Below are positions 8,801 to 18,992 of a DNA stretch of 64,000 bases, piece by piece. A program made the translations under genes and the position numbers. The stretch is from contig JADLGN010000016.1 in the NCBI GenBank assembly GCA_020849295.1, positions 8,099 through 72,098 on the forward strand, in the 5' to 3' direction. The notes under the pieces were generated by a model. That model saw only the letters and a program-made list of their open reading frames with translations. It was not told where the DNA came from and searched no databases. The stretch comes from Bacteroidia bacterium (GTDB lineage Bacteria > Bacteroidota > Bacteroidia > NS11-12g > UBA9320). Numbering within the stretch: position 1 is the first letter of the stretch; every line of letters starts with the position of its first letter.

Positions 8801-11320
8801 TTAATTAAATATAAACTTACCAGTAAAATCATTGTTCTTAGTTTTAATATTAATAAAATACAAACCACAAGTCAAATCATCAATAATGATTTTTTCGTAG
8901 GCTTTACTTGTATTCCCTATTTTGATTTTTTCACCAGTAATACTGAAAATTTCATAACTAAAATTATTGTTTAAATCAATTTGAATGTATGATTTTGCAG
9001 GGTTTGGGTAAATATGCAGTGTTTTGATTTTGCTAATTTTTCTAATTGAGGCACCACTATTAGTTTTACCAAACATCATTCCAGAACCAAATCCCGAAAT
9101 ACAAATCTCAGAATTGTTGTATGGATTAAAATTTACTCTTACAGGATGACGAAAAGGGTAAGACTCAACAAGGGTGAAATTTGGTTTTATATCTTTTGCA
9201 TTATTGCTAAACCAAAGCCCTGCAGTTTCTGTAGTGTAATACATTTCATTATTATTAAGCGGATTTACAGTGCATGAATTTACGCGATATGATGAAACAG
9301 AATCAGATATTTTTTCCCAGTTAAATCCTTTGTTTTTAGTTCTATATAATCCACCGCTTTCAGCAGGTATATTACTTCCCCAGCCGCTAAATACAGCCGC
9401 AAACCAGGTGCTCTCTGTAGAGTCAAATGGGTCAATAGTTATATCCTTTGTCCAATATTTCATTTTATTATCACTTACGTCTGACCACGTATTGCCATTA
9501 TTAGGACTGTAAAATACACCTGATGAATTGGTAAATTGCATTGGATTACCTGCACGTCTTCCTGAATAACTTGCCAAAATATCTCCGTTTTTCAACACAT
9601 ATATTACAAAAGGATGACCTTGAGTTCTTGGTGGATTTGACAGTTTACTCCATGTACTTAAAGAGCCTTTGTTTATATCATTTGATACGTAAATACCTCC
9701 TAAAGTACTATGTATTACACTAGCATACATTCTGTTTGAATTTGTCGGGTCAAGTGCAAGCCATATTACAGGATGAGCAAAATCGTGTAGCAGACTAAAG
9801 CTGTTTCCTTTATCATTGCTATAATATACTGCCCCTTTTCCTCCATCAATTGTTGCATCGGTAAGTCTTGTACTTTGATACATATCATGAACACTAGATG
9901 TAGCAGCATATATAGTCCCAGAATTATTTTTTACAATATGATAAACTGTATTTTGAGTGAGGTTTGGTATCATTTTCCATGTTAAGCCCTTGTCATTACT
10001 TACTACTCCATTAATATCAGAAAACGATGATAAAAGTTTTGTTGAATCAATCCAAAGTATATTCCAATTTGTAGTGTTTTCTAATCCTATTCCTTTATAT
10101 GATTTGCTTTTGGGAGTAGCGATATTTTGTGAGTTTTGATATGAATTGTCAATATACATCTGTGACCAGTTTGTGCCGCCATCAAAAGTACCATGGACAA
10201 AACCAAAATCAGTAAACAAAACCATATTGCTATTATTGGAAGCAACACAAAATCCAAATGGACATTCTCCATAGCTCCAGCCTCTGTCCCCATTATGACC
10301 GCTCCAGCCGGTATAAATATTTTCATTATTCATACTTTTAAAAACATGACTCCAGTTATTACCTCCATTAGTTGTTTTCATTACTATTGGAGAGCCTGTA
10401 GAACTACTACCAGCAATATATATTGTTGATATATCATTTTCTGCCATACCTGTAAAAACAGGATAATCTGTATTTTTATTTATTCCATTAGTTTTTAATG
10501 TCCATGTTCCATTTGCATTGTCCATTGTATAAATTCCCTGCATAGAGGCTGTGCTGCCGTTTGAATATTCAAAACCGTGCTGTATCCCAGCCCATACATT
10601 GTTTAATGTAAGACAAACAAATCTTAACCCTGAGCCATCTTTTGCAGCAGAAAATGAAATCATTTTTTCTGTTGAAGGCATACCTGTAGTACTCAATAAT
10701 GTGAAATTTGCACCATTATCAGCACTGGTAAGAAGCCCGTCATTTAAACCTATATATATTTTACTTCCGTCAAAAAAACTTCCGGCTATATGATTTCCTT
10801 CGTTATTGCTTTTGCAGGTGTAAATTTTCTTAAAAGTATTTCCTGCATCGTTACTAAAATATATTTCTCCATAAAATCCAAGTATCAACCTGTCAGGATT
10901 ATTATAGTCAGCACTTAAGTTATATGCTGTTTCGTAAGGGAACGGATTGCCAGAAAGATTTACCCATGTTTTACCTCCATCAGTACTTTTTACAGGTTTA
11001 GCATAATCAATCCCATCTATTGATGAGTAGTCAATACAATATCTAATATTGTCATTGTTTGTAAATTGTACTTTTGAATTGTGTCCTCCCTGGATATTTT
11101 TAAAATGTAACATTTGCCAGTTTTTTCCTTTACTTGTAGAATGAAATAATTCACTCATATCGCATGATATATAAATTTCATCATTATTTTTTGGATTTAC
11201 AGAAGGAGAAAATAATGCACCTCCGCCTCCGATGCCACGTGATTCAAACGATTTTGGTTGTGTATAGGCAGAAATTATTACACAAACAGAAATAAAAGTA
11301 AATAGAAATTTCTCTTTCAT
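8801..11320 (-). CDS. BNR/Asp-box repeat beta-propeller protein (GH74/sortilin-like) with a T9SS type-A CTD
   Basis: Signal peptide; at least 8 Asp-box motifs (STDGGKTW, SNDAGNTF, SADNGANF, TTNGGNNW, FDGGTNW, SNDKGLTW, SNDKGNSF, SPNNGNTW, TKNKGFNW). C-terminus LHIYPNPAKSYIQIDL...GLYFINIKT...GKFIFN. Confidence 0.7.
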   Translation of the reverse strand: MKEKFLFTFISVCVIISAYTQPKSFESRGIGGGGALFSPSVNPKNNDEIYISCDMSELFHSTSKGKNWQMLHFKNIQGGHNSKVQFTNNDNIRYCIDYSSIDGIDYAKPVKSTDGGKTWVNLSGNPFPYETAYNLSADYNNPDRLILGFYGEIYFSNDAGNTFKKIYTCKSNNEGNHIAGSFFDGSKIYIGLNDGLLTSADNGANFTLLSTTGMPSTEKMISFSAAKDGSGLRFVCLTLNNVWAGIQHGFEYSNGSTASMQGIYTMDNANGTWTLKTNGINKNTDYPVFTGMAENDISTIYIAGSSSTGSPIVMKTTNGGNNWSHVFKSMNNENIYTGWSGHNGDRGWSYGECPFGFCVASNNSNMVLFTDFGFVHGTFDGGTNWSQMYIDNSYQNSQNIATPKSKSYKGIGLENTTNWNILWIDSTKLLSSFSDINGVVSNDKGLTWKMIPNLTQNTVYHIVKNNSGTIYAATSSVHDMYQSTRLTDATIDGGKGAVYYSNDKGNSFSLLHDFAHPVIWLALDPTNSNRMYASVIHSTLGGIYVSNDINKGSLSTWSKLSNPPRTQGHPFVIYVLKNGDILASYSGRRAGNPMQFTNSSGVFYSPNNGNTWSDVSDNKMKYWTKDITIDPFDSTESTWFAAVFSGWGSNIPAESGGLYRTKNKGFNWEKISDSVSSYRVNSCTVNPLNNNEMYYTTETAGLWFSNNAKDIKPNFTLVESYPFRHPVRVNFNPYNNSEICISGFGSGMMFGKTNSGASIRKISKIKTLHIYPNPAKSYIQIDLNNNFSYEIFSITGEKIKIGNTSKAYEKIIIDDLTCGLYFINIKTKNNDFTGKFIFN

Positions 11321-11324
11321 TATA

Positions 11325-14237
11325 TTATTGTTTAATTACTTTTTTAAAGATTACTTTATTTTTTGTTTCAATTTTTATAAAATACATACCATTACTCAAA
11401 TTGCTAATTTCATATTGACTATCAATTTCTTTTATATTATAATTTATTGATACATCATGTCCGTGAATATTAATAATACATAATTTATCAATTTCCTGTC
11501 CTGAATTGTTTATTAAATTAATAATATTATTACTTGGGTTTGGAAAAACATAAAAACAGTTTTCATTCAAAATTTCATTTGTTTTTGTATCAAGGGTAAT
11601 TGCAAAATTCCATTCAGTATTTGTTAAAATTCCTTTATGATCATTATTGTCAAGGTCTTTAAAAGTTCCTTTTGGAAACAAAACATAAATTTGTTTACCT
11701 AGAGTAAATTCACCAAGCTTAATTGTAGCTTTATTGCCGTTTATTTCTACACTATCGCTTGATACATTTATTTTATATTTCAACACATTGCTTTCAAAAA
11801 TTGAAATTAAACCTGTGCCTTTTTTTACAGGTTCATTAAAATAAATATTTAACTGCGATTTTGGATTAATTTTTACTGCATTGTCAGGTGGTTCAACATT
11901 AGTAATAGCAGGGGCTATAAGACTTTTGTCAATTGGAATTTTTGATTTCCAAATACTTCTGCCAAATGTAGCAGCATATAATATGCGGTTAATGTAATTA
12001 ATTTTCAGGTCGGTAACGACTACGTTTGGCAAATTAGAATTTAGCAACTCCCACTCGCCCATAGCAGTATCTTTGTAAAATACTCCAATATCAGTTCCTA
12101 TAAATAAACCTTCTTTTGAATCCTTATCAAACTCAATACAGTTTACCGCTACATTTGGCAGATTTAGCGAAATGTTTGTTATTTTTCCTATACCACTTAA
12201 TAAGGTATTAATTCTGTAAACTTTAGAGCCATTGGAGTAAGATGAATTAGTGTAATATAAAATATCAGGATTTGTAGGGTGAATTTTTAATGATGAGACA
12301 GGAATAGACCCTGAAGTAACCAAAGTCCATTTGTTTCCACCGTCATTTGTTTTGTATATTTTGTAATAATCAGAAGCATAAATTACATCAGAATTTCCTT
12401 CTGCTACTGCAATATTCTGAACATAATTTGGTTTCCATAAGCTATCACATATTTTTCCCCATGTTTCACCTCTGTCAGTTGTTTTATAAATTTGTTTGTA
12501 TCCGGCTAATAATACTTGGTTGTCATTTGGGTCAATTATATATGGTGTAACCCAAGTTCCACGTGGCTTGCCCGAAATATTGTCAGATATAACTTCAGTT
12601 TCTCCGTTTATTATTCTGTTTATTTTGCCATATTGTATTCCGGTGTAATAAACATTGTTGTCATTTGGATCAATTGCACAGTGCATTCCGTCTCCGCCTG
12701 TAGATTCGTTCCACTTGTTTTGAAGATAGATTTTTGTTCCATTATCTTGTGCTCCTGCAAGAATCATATTGGTATCAGTTTGAGAAACAGACATACGATA
12801 AAATTGTGTAATTCCAAGTCCGTTGCTCAAATCTGTCCAAGATTTTCCTTCATTTTTGCTATAATAAATGCCGCCATCATTACAATCAAATAAGTTTCCA
12901 CTAAGAGGATTGTAAGTTAAAAAGTGTTTGTCAGCATGTGTAGTTTGAATTTTTTTAGGATTTGTAGTCAAATTTGCAGTCCACATGGTATTTATATAAA
13001 ATGAATCAGCCCCATTATCAGAAAACCAGTTATTTACTCCACCTACCCATTCTATATTTTCATTTACCGGCGAAATACAAAAAGCTAAATCATACCAACC
13101 CTGTCCTTTATCACCTTTGCCTTCCCAATTACTGCTCAATAAGTTTTTGAAACCTGTATCATATTTCACTTTATAGCTTTTTCCTGTATCAAGCGATTCG
13201 TATATCCCACCAAATTTTCCATTTTTTTTATCAGAAACAAGCAGATGAACTTTTGCAGGATTAGCCTTAGTGGTTGCTATTGATATACGAGATGCCAGCC
13301 CAATACTATGTACTACAGAAAAATTTTTACCACCATTCATGCTTCTGAAAATTTTAGCATTGCCGTTATAATCATAAGTTGTAGCATATATTATTGAAAA
13401 ATCAAAAGGGCAAAAGTTAATATCCATAAAATAGCCGGTTTGTGTTCTTGTCCAATTTACACCGGCATCAGTACTTAGGTATATACCGTCTGATGCTGCA
13501 ATAAGCAAATGTTTTGAATTAATAGGGTTCATTAGTATTTTACTTATGAGTTTTACATCCCAAATATTCCAGTTCATACCGGTTTTAGTCCATGTCTTAC
13601 CGCCATCTGCCGATAATAACACTCCTATACTTTTATTATCCCCAGATTGTCCGCCTGTCATCCCCCAAAGACTGCCTCTGTCACCATCGCCTGTAGCAAT
13701 ATAAATACTATCAGGATTTTTTTGATTAACTGCAATACTACTTACACCAAGAACTGTATTGTAGTCTGATAATGGTTCCCATGTTTTGCCCATGTTTTTA
13801 GTTTTCCAAATGCCACCGGAAGGCGAGCCTACCCACATAATTGATGTATCAGTTGGATGAAATGCAACACAATTTATTCTCCCCAATCCATTGTAACCAC
13901 TTGGTGTTGTACTTGGTCCTAAAAATGTCCAATGTGTTTTTATAGGTGAAGTCTTGTATTTTTTATTATTAATAAATTTTTGAAACTCTATGTTATTAAT
14001 TTCGCTGTCAGGAAATTTTCCGTTTTCATCTACTCTCTGCTCCCAAAACCATTCCCATCTCTTAAACAAATTGTAACCATCGCCTTTTGTACGTTCATTG
14101 TTTTGCCAGTATTTATAAAAAGAACTCTGAATTTCAAAAAAGTTATTTGCTTGATTAATATTTCCATAGTTCCAAGGTTGTGATTTTGCTATTATTATTA
14201 TGAATAAATTAAATATAGTAAATACTGATTTTTTCAT
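11325..14237 (-). CDS. BNR/Asp-box repeat beta-propeller protein with an Ig-like domain and a T9SS type-A CTD
   Basis: Signal peptide; Asp-boxes SADGGKTW, STDAGVNW, SMNGGKNF, SLDTGKSY, SKNEGKSW, TTDRGETW, TNDGGNKW. SbsA-type Ig-like domain ending TNTEWNFAIT. C-terminus FYVFPNPSNNIINL...GMYFIKIETKNKVIFKKVIKQ. Only 4 nt from the downstream paralog. Confidence 0.7.
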   Translation of the reverse strand: MKKSVFTIFNLFIIIIAKSQPWNYGNINQANNFFEIQSSFYKYWQNNERTKGDGYNLFKRWEWFWEQRVDENGKFPDSEINNIEFQKFINNKKYKTSPIKTHWTFLGPSTTPSGYNGLGRINCVAFHPTDTSIMWVGSPSGGIWKTKNMGKTWEPLSDYNTVLGVSSIAVNQKNPDSIYIATGDGDRGSLWGMTGGQSGDNKSIGVLLSADGGKTWTKTGMNWNIWDVKLISKILMNPINSKHLLIAASDGIYLSTDAGVNWTRTQTGYFMDINFCPFDFSIIYATTYDYNGNAKIFRSMNGGKNFSVVHSIGLASRISIATTKANPAKVHLLVSDKKNGKFGGIYESLDTGKSYKVKYDTGFKNLLSSNWEGKGDKGQGWYDLAFCISPVNENIEWVGGVNNWFSDNGADSFYINTMWTANLTTNPKKIQTTHADKHFLTYNPLSGNLFDCNDGGIYYSKNEGKSWTDLSNGLGITQFYRMSVSQTDTNMILAGAQDNGTKIYLQNKWNESTGGDGMHCAIDPNDNNVYYTGIQYGKINRIINGETEVISDNISGKPRGTWVTPYIIDPNDNQVLLAGYKQIYKTTDRGETWGKICDSLWKPNYVQNIAVAEGNSDVIYASDYYKIYKTNDGGNKWTLVTSGSIPVSSLKIHPTNPDILYYTNSSYSNGSKVYRINTLLSGIGKITNISLNLPNVAVNCIEFDKDSKEGLFIGTDIGVFYKDTAMGEWELLNSNLPNVVVTDLKINYINRILYAATFGRSIWKSKIPIDKSLIAPAITNVEPPDNAVKINPKSQLNIYFNEPVKKGTGLISIFESNVLKYKINVSSDSVEINGNKATIKLGEFTLGKQIYVLFPKGTFKDLDNNDHKGILTNTEWNFAITLDTKTNEILNENCFYVFPNPSNNIINLINNSGQEIDKLCIINIHGHDVSINYNIKEIDSQYEISNLSNGMYFIKIETKNKVIFKKVIKQ

Positions 14238-14254
14238 TTGATGCTTTAATATTT

Positions 14255-14262
14255 CAAAGGTA
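14255..14262 (-). promoter_or_regulatory. candidate -7 element (TACCTTTG on the minus strand)
   Basis: Plus-strand CAAAGGTA, 18 nt upstream of the ATG at 14237 of the BNR gene pair. Confidence 0.35.
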
Positions 14263-14389
14263 AAATTTTAAATTAAAATTTTCTTTTATTTTGATATAGC
14301 TTCAAATCATTTAAATTATATAATCATAAAGTTTTAGTATAAATTTATTTTGTATGAATAGGATAATATTAACATCTAAAAAAAATTAT

Positions 14390-14397
14390 TATGTTTG
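14390..14397 (+). promoter_or_regulatory. candidate -7 element TATGTTTG
   Basis: Exact TAnnTTTG match, 26 nt before the fhs ATG at 14423. Confidence 0.35.
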
Positions 14398-14422
14398 CCG
14401 CCAGATATATAAATAAAAAAAC

Positions 14423-16096
14423 ATGTTATCTGATATAGAAATAGCACAATCAATACAACCCAAGCACATTAAAATTATAGCAGAAAAGCTAAACGTAAGT
14501 TCTGATAATCTTGAATATTACGGAAAATTTAAAGCAAAACTACCACTTGAACTAATAGATGAAGATAAAATAAAAAAGAGCAATCTGATTCTTGTAACAG
14601 CTATAAATCCCACACCGGCAGGTGAAGGTAAAACAACAATGACAATTGGTTTGACTGAAGGGTTGAACAAAACAGGTAGAAAAGCAACAGCCGTTTTGCG
14701 TGAACCATCTTTAGGTCCTGTGTTTGGAATGAAGGGAGGGGCAGCTGGTGGAGGTTACAGCCAAGTAATACCTATGGAAGATATTAATCTTCATTTTACC
14801 GGTGATTTTGCAGCAATAGAAAAAGCAAACAACCTTTTAGCAGCATTAATTGATAACAATATTCAAAACAAAAAAGAAAATAATCTGAATATTGACCCAC
14901 GAACTGTTGTATGGAAAAGAGTGATGGATATGAACGACAGAGCATTAAGACAACTTGTAGTTGCTCTAGGCGGAAAAAATGGAGGAATACCACGCGAATC
15001 TGGTTTTAATATAACAGCAGCATCAGAGGTAATGGCAATACTTTGTATGTCAAAAAGTATTAAAGACCTAAAAGAAAAGTGCGGAAATATATTTATAGGA
15101 AACACTTATGATGGGAAACCTATTTTTGCCCGTGACCTTAAAGCACATGGGGCTATGGCTGCATTGCTCAAAGATGCAATAAAACCAAATCTTGTTCAAA
15201 CATTAGAAGGAAACCCTGTGATAATACACGGCGGTCCATTTGCAAATATTGCTCAGGGAACAAACACAATTTTAGCTACCAAAACAGGTATGAGCCTATC
15301 TGACTATGTTGTTACTGAAGCTGGTTTTGGAGCAGATTTGGGTGCTGAAAAATTTTTGAATATAAAATGCGGGTATGGAGGAATTTTGCCAAAATGCGTA
15401 GTTATTGTTGCTACAATCAGAGCATTGAAATACCATGGCGGAGTTGATGTAAAAGAGCTAAAAACCGAAAATGTAGAAGCCTTGAAAAAAGGATTTTGTA
15501 ACCTCGAAAAACATATAGAAAACATCAAAGGTTTTGGATTACCTCCCGTAGTAGTGATAAATAAATTCTACGCAGATACCGAAAGTGAAGTAAATACATT
15601 AATAAGTTTGGTAGAAAGTAATGGTGTTGCTATTTCAATAGGAGAGGGATTTGAAAAAGGAGGCGAAGGAATGAAAGATATTGCTGATAAAGTAGCAAAT
15701 GCTATTGAAAACAATAAAAGTACATTTACACCAACTTACGATTGGAATGATACTGTAGAAAATAAACTTAAAGCAATAGCGTGTAAAATATATGGTGCAA
15801 GCGATGTTGAGTTTACACCAAAAGCTACAACTGACTTAAAGAAAATTTATAAATTAGGTTTTGATAAATTTCCTATTTGTATGGCAAAAACACAATATTC
15901 ACTTACTGACAATCCTAAAATCATTGGTCGCCCACAAGGTTTTCATCTTACAATACGCGAATTTGAATTTGCTACAGGTGCAGGGTTTATTATTCCGGTA
16001 TGTGGCGAGATGATGCGTATGCCTGGATTACCTCAATTACCATCTGCCGAATCAATTGATATTGATGAAAACGGTAAAATTTCTGGATTATTCTAA
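14423..16096 (+). CDS. fhs: formate--tetrahydrofolate ligase
   Basis: 557 aa. PTPAGEGKTT P-loop, EPSLGPVFG.KGGAAGGGY, and full-length family architecture. Confidence 0.95.
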   Translation: MLSDIEIAQSIQPKHIKIIAEKLNVSSDNLEYYGKFKAKLPLELIDEDKIKKSNLILVTAINPTPAGEGKTTMTIGLTEGLNKTGRKATAVLREPSLGPVFGMKGGAAGGGYSQVIPMEDINLHFTGDFAAIEKANNLLAALIDNNIQNKKENNLNIDPRTVVWKRVMDMNDRALRQLVVALGGKNGGIPRESGFNITAASEVMAILCMSKSIKDLKEKCGNIFIGNTYDGKPIFARDLKAHGAMAALLKDAIKPNLVQTLEGNPVIIHGGPFANIAQGTNTILATKTGMSLSDYVVTEAGFGADLGAEKFLNIKCGYGGILPKCVVIVATIRALKYHGGVDVKELKTENVEALKKGFCNLEKHIENIKGFGLPPVVVINKFYADTESEVNTLISLVESNGVAISIGEGFEKGGEGMKDIADKVANAIENNKSTFTPTYDWNDTVENKLKAIACKIYGASDVEFTPKATTDLKKIYKLGFDKFPICMAKTQYSLTDNPKIIGRPQGFHLTIREFEFATGAGFIIPVCGEMMRMPGLPQLPSAESIDIDENGKISGLF

Positions 16097-16179
16097 AAAA
16101 GGATTTTCATTAATCTTTTTTAATATACATAAATTGTAGCTGTGGATATAAGTTATAATTAATATCCATGCTAAAAAAA

Positions 16180-16187
16180 TAAATTTG
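16180..16187 (+). promoter_or_regulatory. candidate -7 element TAAATTTG
   Basis: Exact TAnnTTTG match, 15 nt before the ATG at 16202. Confidence 0.35.
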
Positions 16188-16201
16188 TCGTTTATTATCA
16201 G

Positions 16202-17809
16202 ATGAAATTTGTTTTAAGTCTAAAAGCTTTTGTTTTCTTGTTGTGTATTCCTCAGATATTATTTTCGCAGAGTGAAGAAAAAGTTGATGTTTATACAAAA
16301 TATAAACCAGTATTGAGTGATGCACGAAGAGTAGAAACGCAACCGGATATACAACATCCCGAACCAAAAACTTTAAATTTAAAATATAGCTTTACTGATT
16401 TCAGATATAATGTAAGCCCGAATTTTACACCTATTACTGCACAAAATTATAAAGCTAAACCAACAATTCCTGAAAACAGCAATTTTTTAAAAGTAGGTTT
16501 CGGAAATTATACAACTCCGCTTTTGCTTTTAAATCTTCACAATAAATATAATAAAAATTACTCTTATGGTTTAAATGCATTTCATCTGTCATCTGAAGGA
16601 AAAAATCAAAATTCATTTATTAATGATGAAATATTGCTGTACGGGGCAAGGTCACTTAATGGAAATAATATAGGAGGCAAAGCAGGATTTAATCGTTACG
16701 GATATAATTATTACGGATACAATCATGAAAAGTATAACTTTAAGACAGATTCAATAAACCAGGTGTTGATTGATATTTTTGCTAATGTTCATTTTGACAA
16801 CAGCAATTCGGCAAAGAAAGTTAAAACCGCATTTGATATTGATTTTTATAGTTTTTCTGCAAAAAAAATATCAGAACTCAATTATCGTATATCAAATACC
16901 ACAGGTTTTAAAGTAGCTAATGGTGATTTTTTAATAAAAACAGCTTATGAAGGTTTTACTACAGATATTGACTCAATAAATAAATTTGTAAGAAATTATG
17001 TTGATATTAACCCAAGTTATAAATTCAAATACAAAGAAGTATATATTACTGCAGGGGCATTTCTATCATTAATTTTTGACAGTACAGAGTCTTCGCCTGT
17101 ATTATATCCTCAATTTAATCTTGATTATTTTTTAGTTCCTGAAAAAACTAAAGCATACGTTGGCTTAAATGGATTTATGAATAAATCATCTATTAAATAT
17201 CAATATATTCAAAATCCATATTTAAAAGAGTTTTTTGAAATTAAAAATTCGTATTCACCATATATAATATACGGTGGGATTAAAGGCAAATTGTCAAGTA
17301 CTTTTGATTACTGTTTAGAAATTTCTCAACAAGCAATAATGAATATGCCACTATATATGAGTGACACATTCCCATTAAACAAATTTGTAATAAAATATGA
17401 TGATGTAGGGCTATTTAAGTTCAAAACCGGAATGAGTTATAAAAAATTTGAAAAAATTAAAATTCAAAGTGATTTTACATATTTTAAGTATAACACTAAC
17501 GAAGCCTATGCATTTCAGATGCCCGATTTTGAATGGAATACCTCATTTTCTACTTTAATAAAAAGTAAATTTACGCTTGGAGCAAATATTTTTGTAATAG
17601 GTAAAAGATATGGAAAAGCAATAGGTGCATGGCAAAGCACTGAACTTAGTCCAATAGCAGATATAAATATAAATGCAAGCTACATGCACAATAAAAAATT
17701 AGGTTTTTTTATTAATCTAAATAATCTTACAAACAAAGATTATCAGCTATGGTATAATTATCCGGTTTATAAAATAAACGGAATTGCAGGTGTTACATTT
17801 GTGTTCTGA
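16202..17809 (+). CDS. predicted outer-membrane beta-barrel protein (putative porin-like), function unknown
   Basis: Signal peptide (ILFSQ), abundant alternating aromatic/polar strands, and a C-terminal beta-signal ...GIAGVTFVF. Confidence 0.45.
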   Translation: MKFVLSLKAFVFLLCIPQILFSQSEEKVDVYTKYKPVLSDARRVETQPDIQHPEPKTLNLKYSFTDFRYNVSPNFTPITAQNYKAKPTIPENSNFLKVGFGNYTTPLLLLNLHNKYNKNYSYGLNAFHLSSEGKNQNSFINDEILLYGARSLNGNNIGGKAGFNRYGYNYYGYNHEKYNFKTDSINQVLIDIFANVHFDNSNSAKKVKTAFDIDFYSFSAKKISELNYRISNTTGFKVANGDFLIKTAYEGFTTDIDSINKFVRNYVDINPSYKFKYKEVYITAGAFLSLIFDSTESSPVLYPQFNLDYFLVPEKTKAYVGLNGFMNKSSIKYQYIQNPYLKEFFEIKNSYSPYIIYGGIKGKLSSTFDYCLEISQQAIMNMPLYMSDTFPLNKFVIKYDDVGLFKFKTGMSYKKFEKIKIQSDFTYFKYNTNEAYAFQMPDFEWNTSFSTLIKSKFTLGANIFVIGKRYGKAIGAWQSTELSPIADININASYMHNKKLGFFINLNNLTNKDYQLWYNYPVYKINGIAGVTFVF

Positions 17810-17907
17810 AAATTTTAGTTTTTGAAATCAGGTAATTAAAAAAATGTGTATAATTAGCAGATTTATTTACTCTAATTAAAATTTATTTTGCATAATAGAA
17901 TTTTGAA

Positions 17908-18957
17908 ATGATTTTTATTGATCTGATAGACTTAATACCTGATTTACTATACAAACACAACTGCATAATAATACCGGAGTTTGGAGGTTTTTTAACAAAT
18001 TTTAAGCAATCAGGTTTTGAAGAAAACAGAAATGTAATTAGTCCATCTTCTAAAAAAGTAGCATTCAATCAAAGTTTGATAGAAAATGATGGTTTGCTTG
18101 TAAATCATTGGTCAAAAAATAAAAATATTTCATATCAGCAGTCACTTGAAGAAGTTGAAAATTTTAGCAACTATCTAAAAGAAAAAATAAGGGAATATCG
18201 AAGTTTTGATTTTAAAAATGTTGGGACATTTTATCTTACAAATGAAAATAACTTGCTATTTGTACCATATCAAGGTTTGAATTTTTTAGAATCAAGTTAT
18301 GGTCTTTTCCCTGTAAAAATCAGATTTGTAAATTCGATTCCATTTACAGCACTTGAAGATAGTAATGTTGTAGAAATTGCAAATAGTAATGAAATTAATA
18401 ACGAAATTTCAGAAGTTGAAATTTTTCACCCTAAAACTATATTAAATAATGTCAAATTTAGTTCATTGTTAAAAGTCGCATCAGTATTTATTTCTGTTAT
18501 TGTAATAACTTTGGCAATGTATTTTGTTAATTTAAAAACTAAATCAAAAAATACAATTGAATATAAATCTCAGGTTTTTTTTACAGATTCAAACACAGAT
18601 AAAAAAGATAAATCTAAGATAAAAAAGATATCAATACCATCATATACTGAAGAAAGAAAAGAAATTGAAGAAATAAAATCACAGCTTGACAATTTCAATA
18701 AAATTCAGGAATCATCAAAAGTAAACTATGAAGTTATAGTTGGTTATTATAAAGATATTAATGTAGCAAACAGATTATTTAATAAACTAAAAGCTGAATA
18801 TCCAAATTCTAAAATGAATGAAAGAACAGAATCAGGATACTCAATAACTGTTGAATCATTTTATACATATAATACTGCTAATGTTTTTAGCGTTATGCTA
18901 AAACAAAATGGGTTTAAAGAAATTAAAATTGAAAAAAATATTGTTTTCGGTAAATAA
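17908..18957 (+). CDS. HU-CCDC81-like domain / SPOR domain protein
   Basis: N-terminus LLYKHNCIIIPEFGGFLTNF (bacterial HU-CCDC81 domain), one central TM helix, and a C-terminal SPOR-like segment YEVIVGYYKDINVANRLFNKLKAEYPNS. Confidence 0.6.
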   Translation: MIFIDLIDLIPDLLYKHNCIIIPEFGGFLTNFKQSGFEENRNVISPSSKKVAFNQSLIENDGLLVNHWSKNKNISYQQSLEEVENFSNYLKEKIREYRSFDFKNVGTFYLTNENNLLFVPYQGLNFLESSYGLFPVKIRFVNSIPFTALEDSNVVEIANSNEINNEISEVEIFHPKTILNNVKFSSLLKVASVFISVIVITLAMYFVNLKTKSKNTIEYKSQVFFTDSNTDKKDKSKIKKISIPSYTEERKEIEEIKSQLDNFNKIQESSKVNYEVIVGYYKDINVANRLFNKLKAEYPNSKMNERTESGYSITVESFYTYNTANVFSVMLKQNGFKEIKIEKNIVFGK

Positions 18958-18992
18958 AATATTGACTTAGATAAACAACAAATAAAAGAGAA

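Noticed and set aside
9270-13000. Numerous 60-125-aa ORFs inside and antisense to the two BNR genes (for example 12516-12893, 10087-10326).
   Set aside because: All are embedded in long, motif-rich ORFs with signal peptides and CTDs. None has recognisable motifs or its own regulatory context.
16141-16150. TGTGGATAT, an 8/9 match to a DnaA box, together with the presence of recF, as a hint of a replication origin.
   Set aside because: It is a single imperfect box with no cluster, no AT-rich unwinding element context beyond the genome-wide AT richness, and no dnaA or dnaN nearby.
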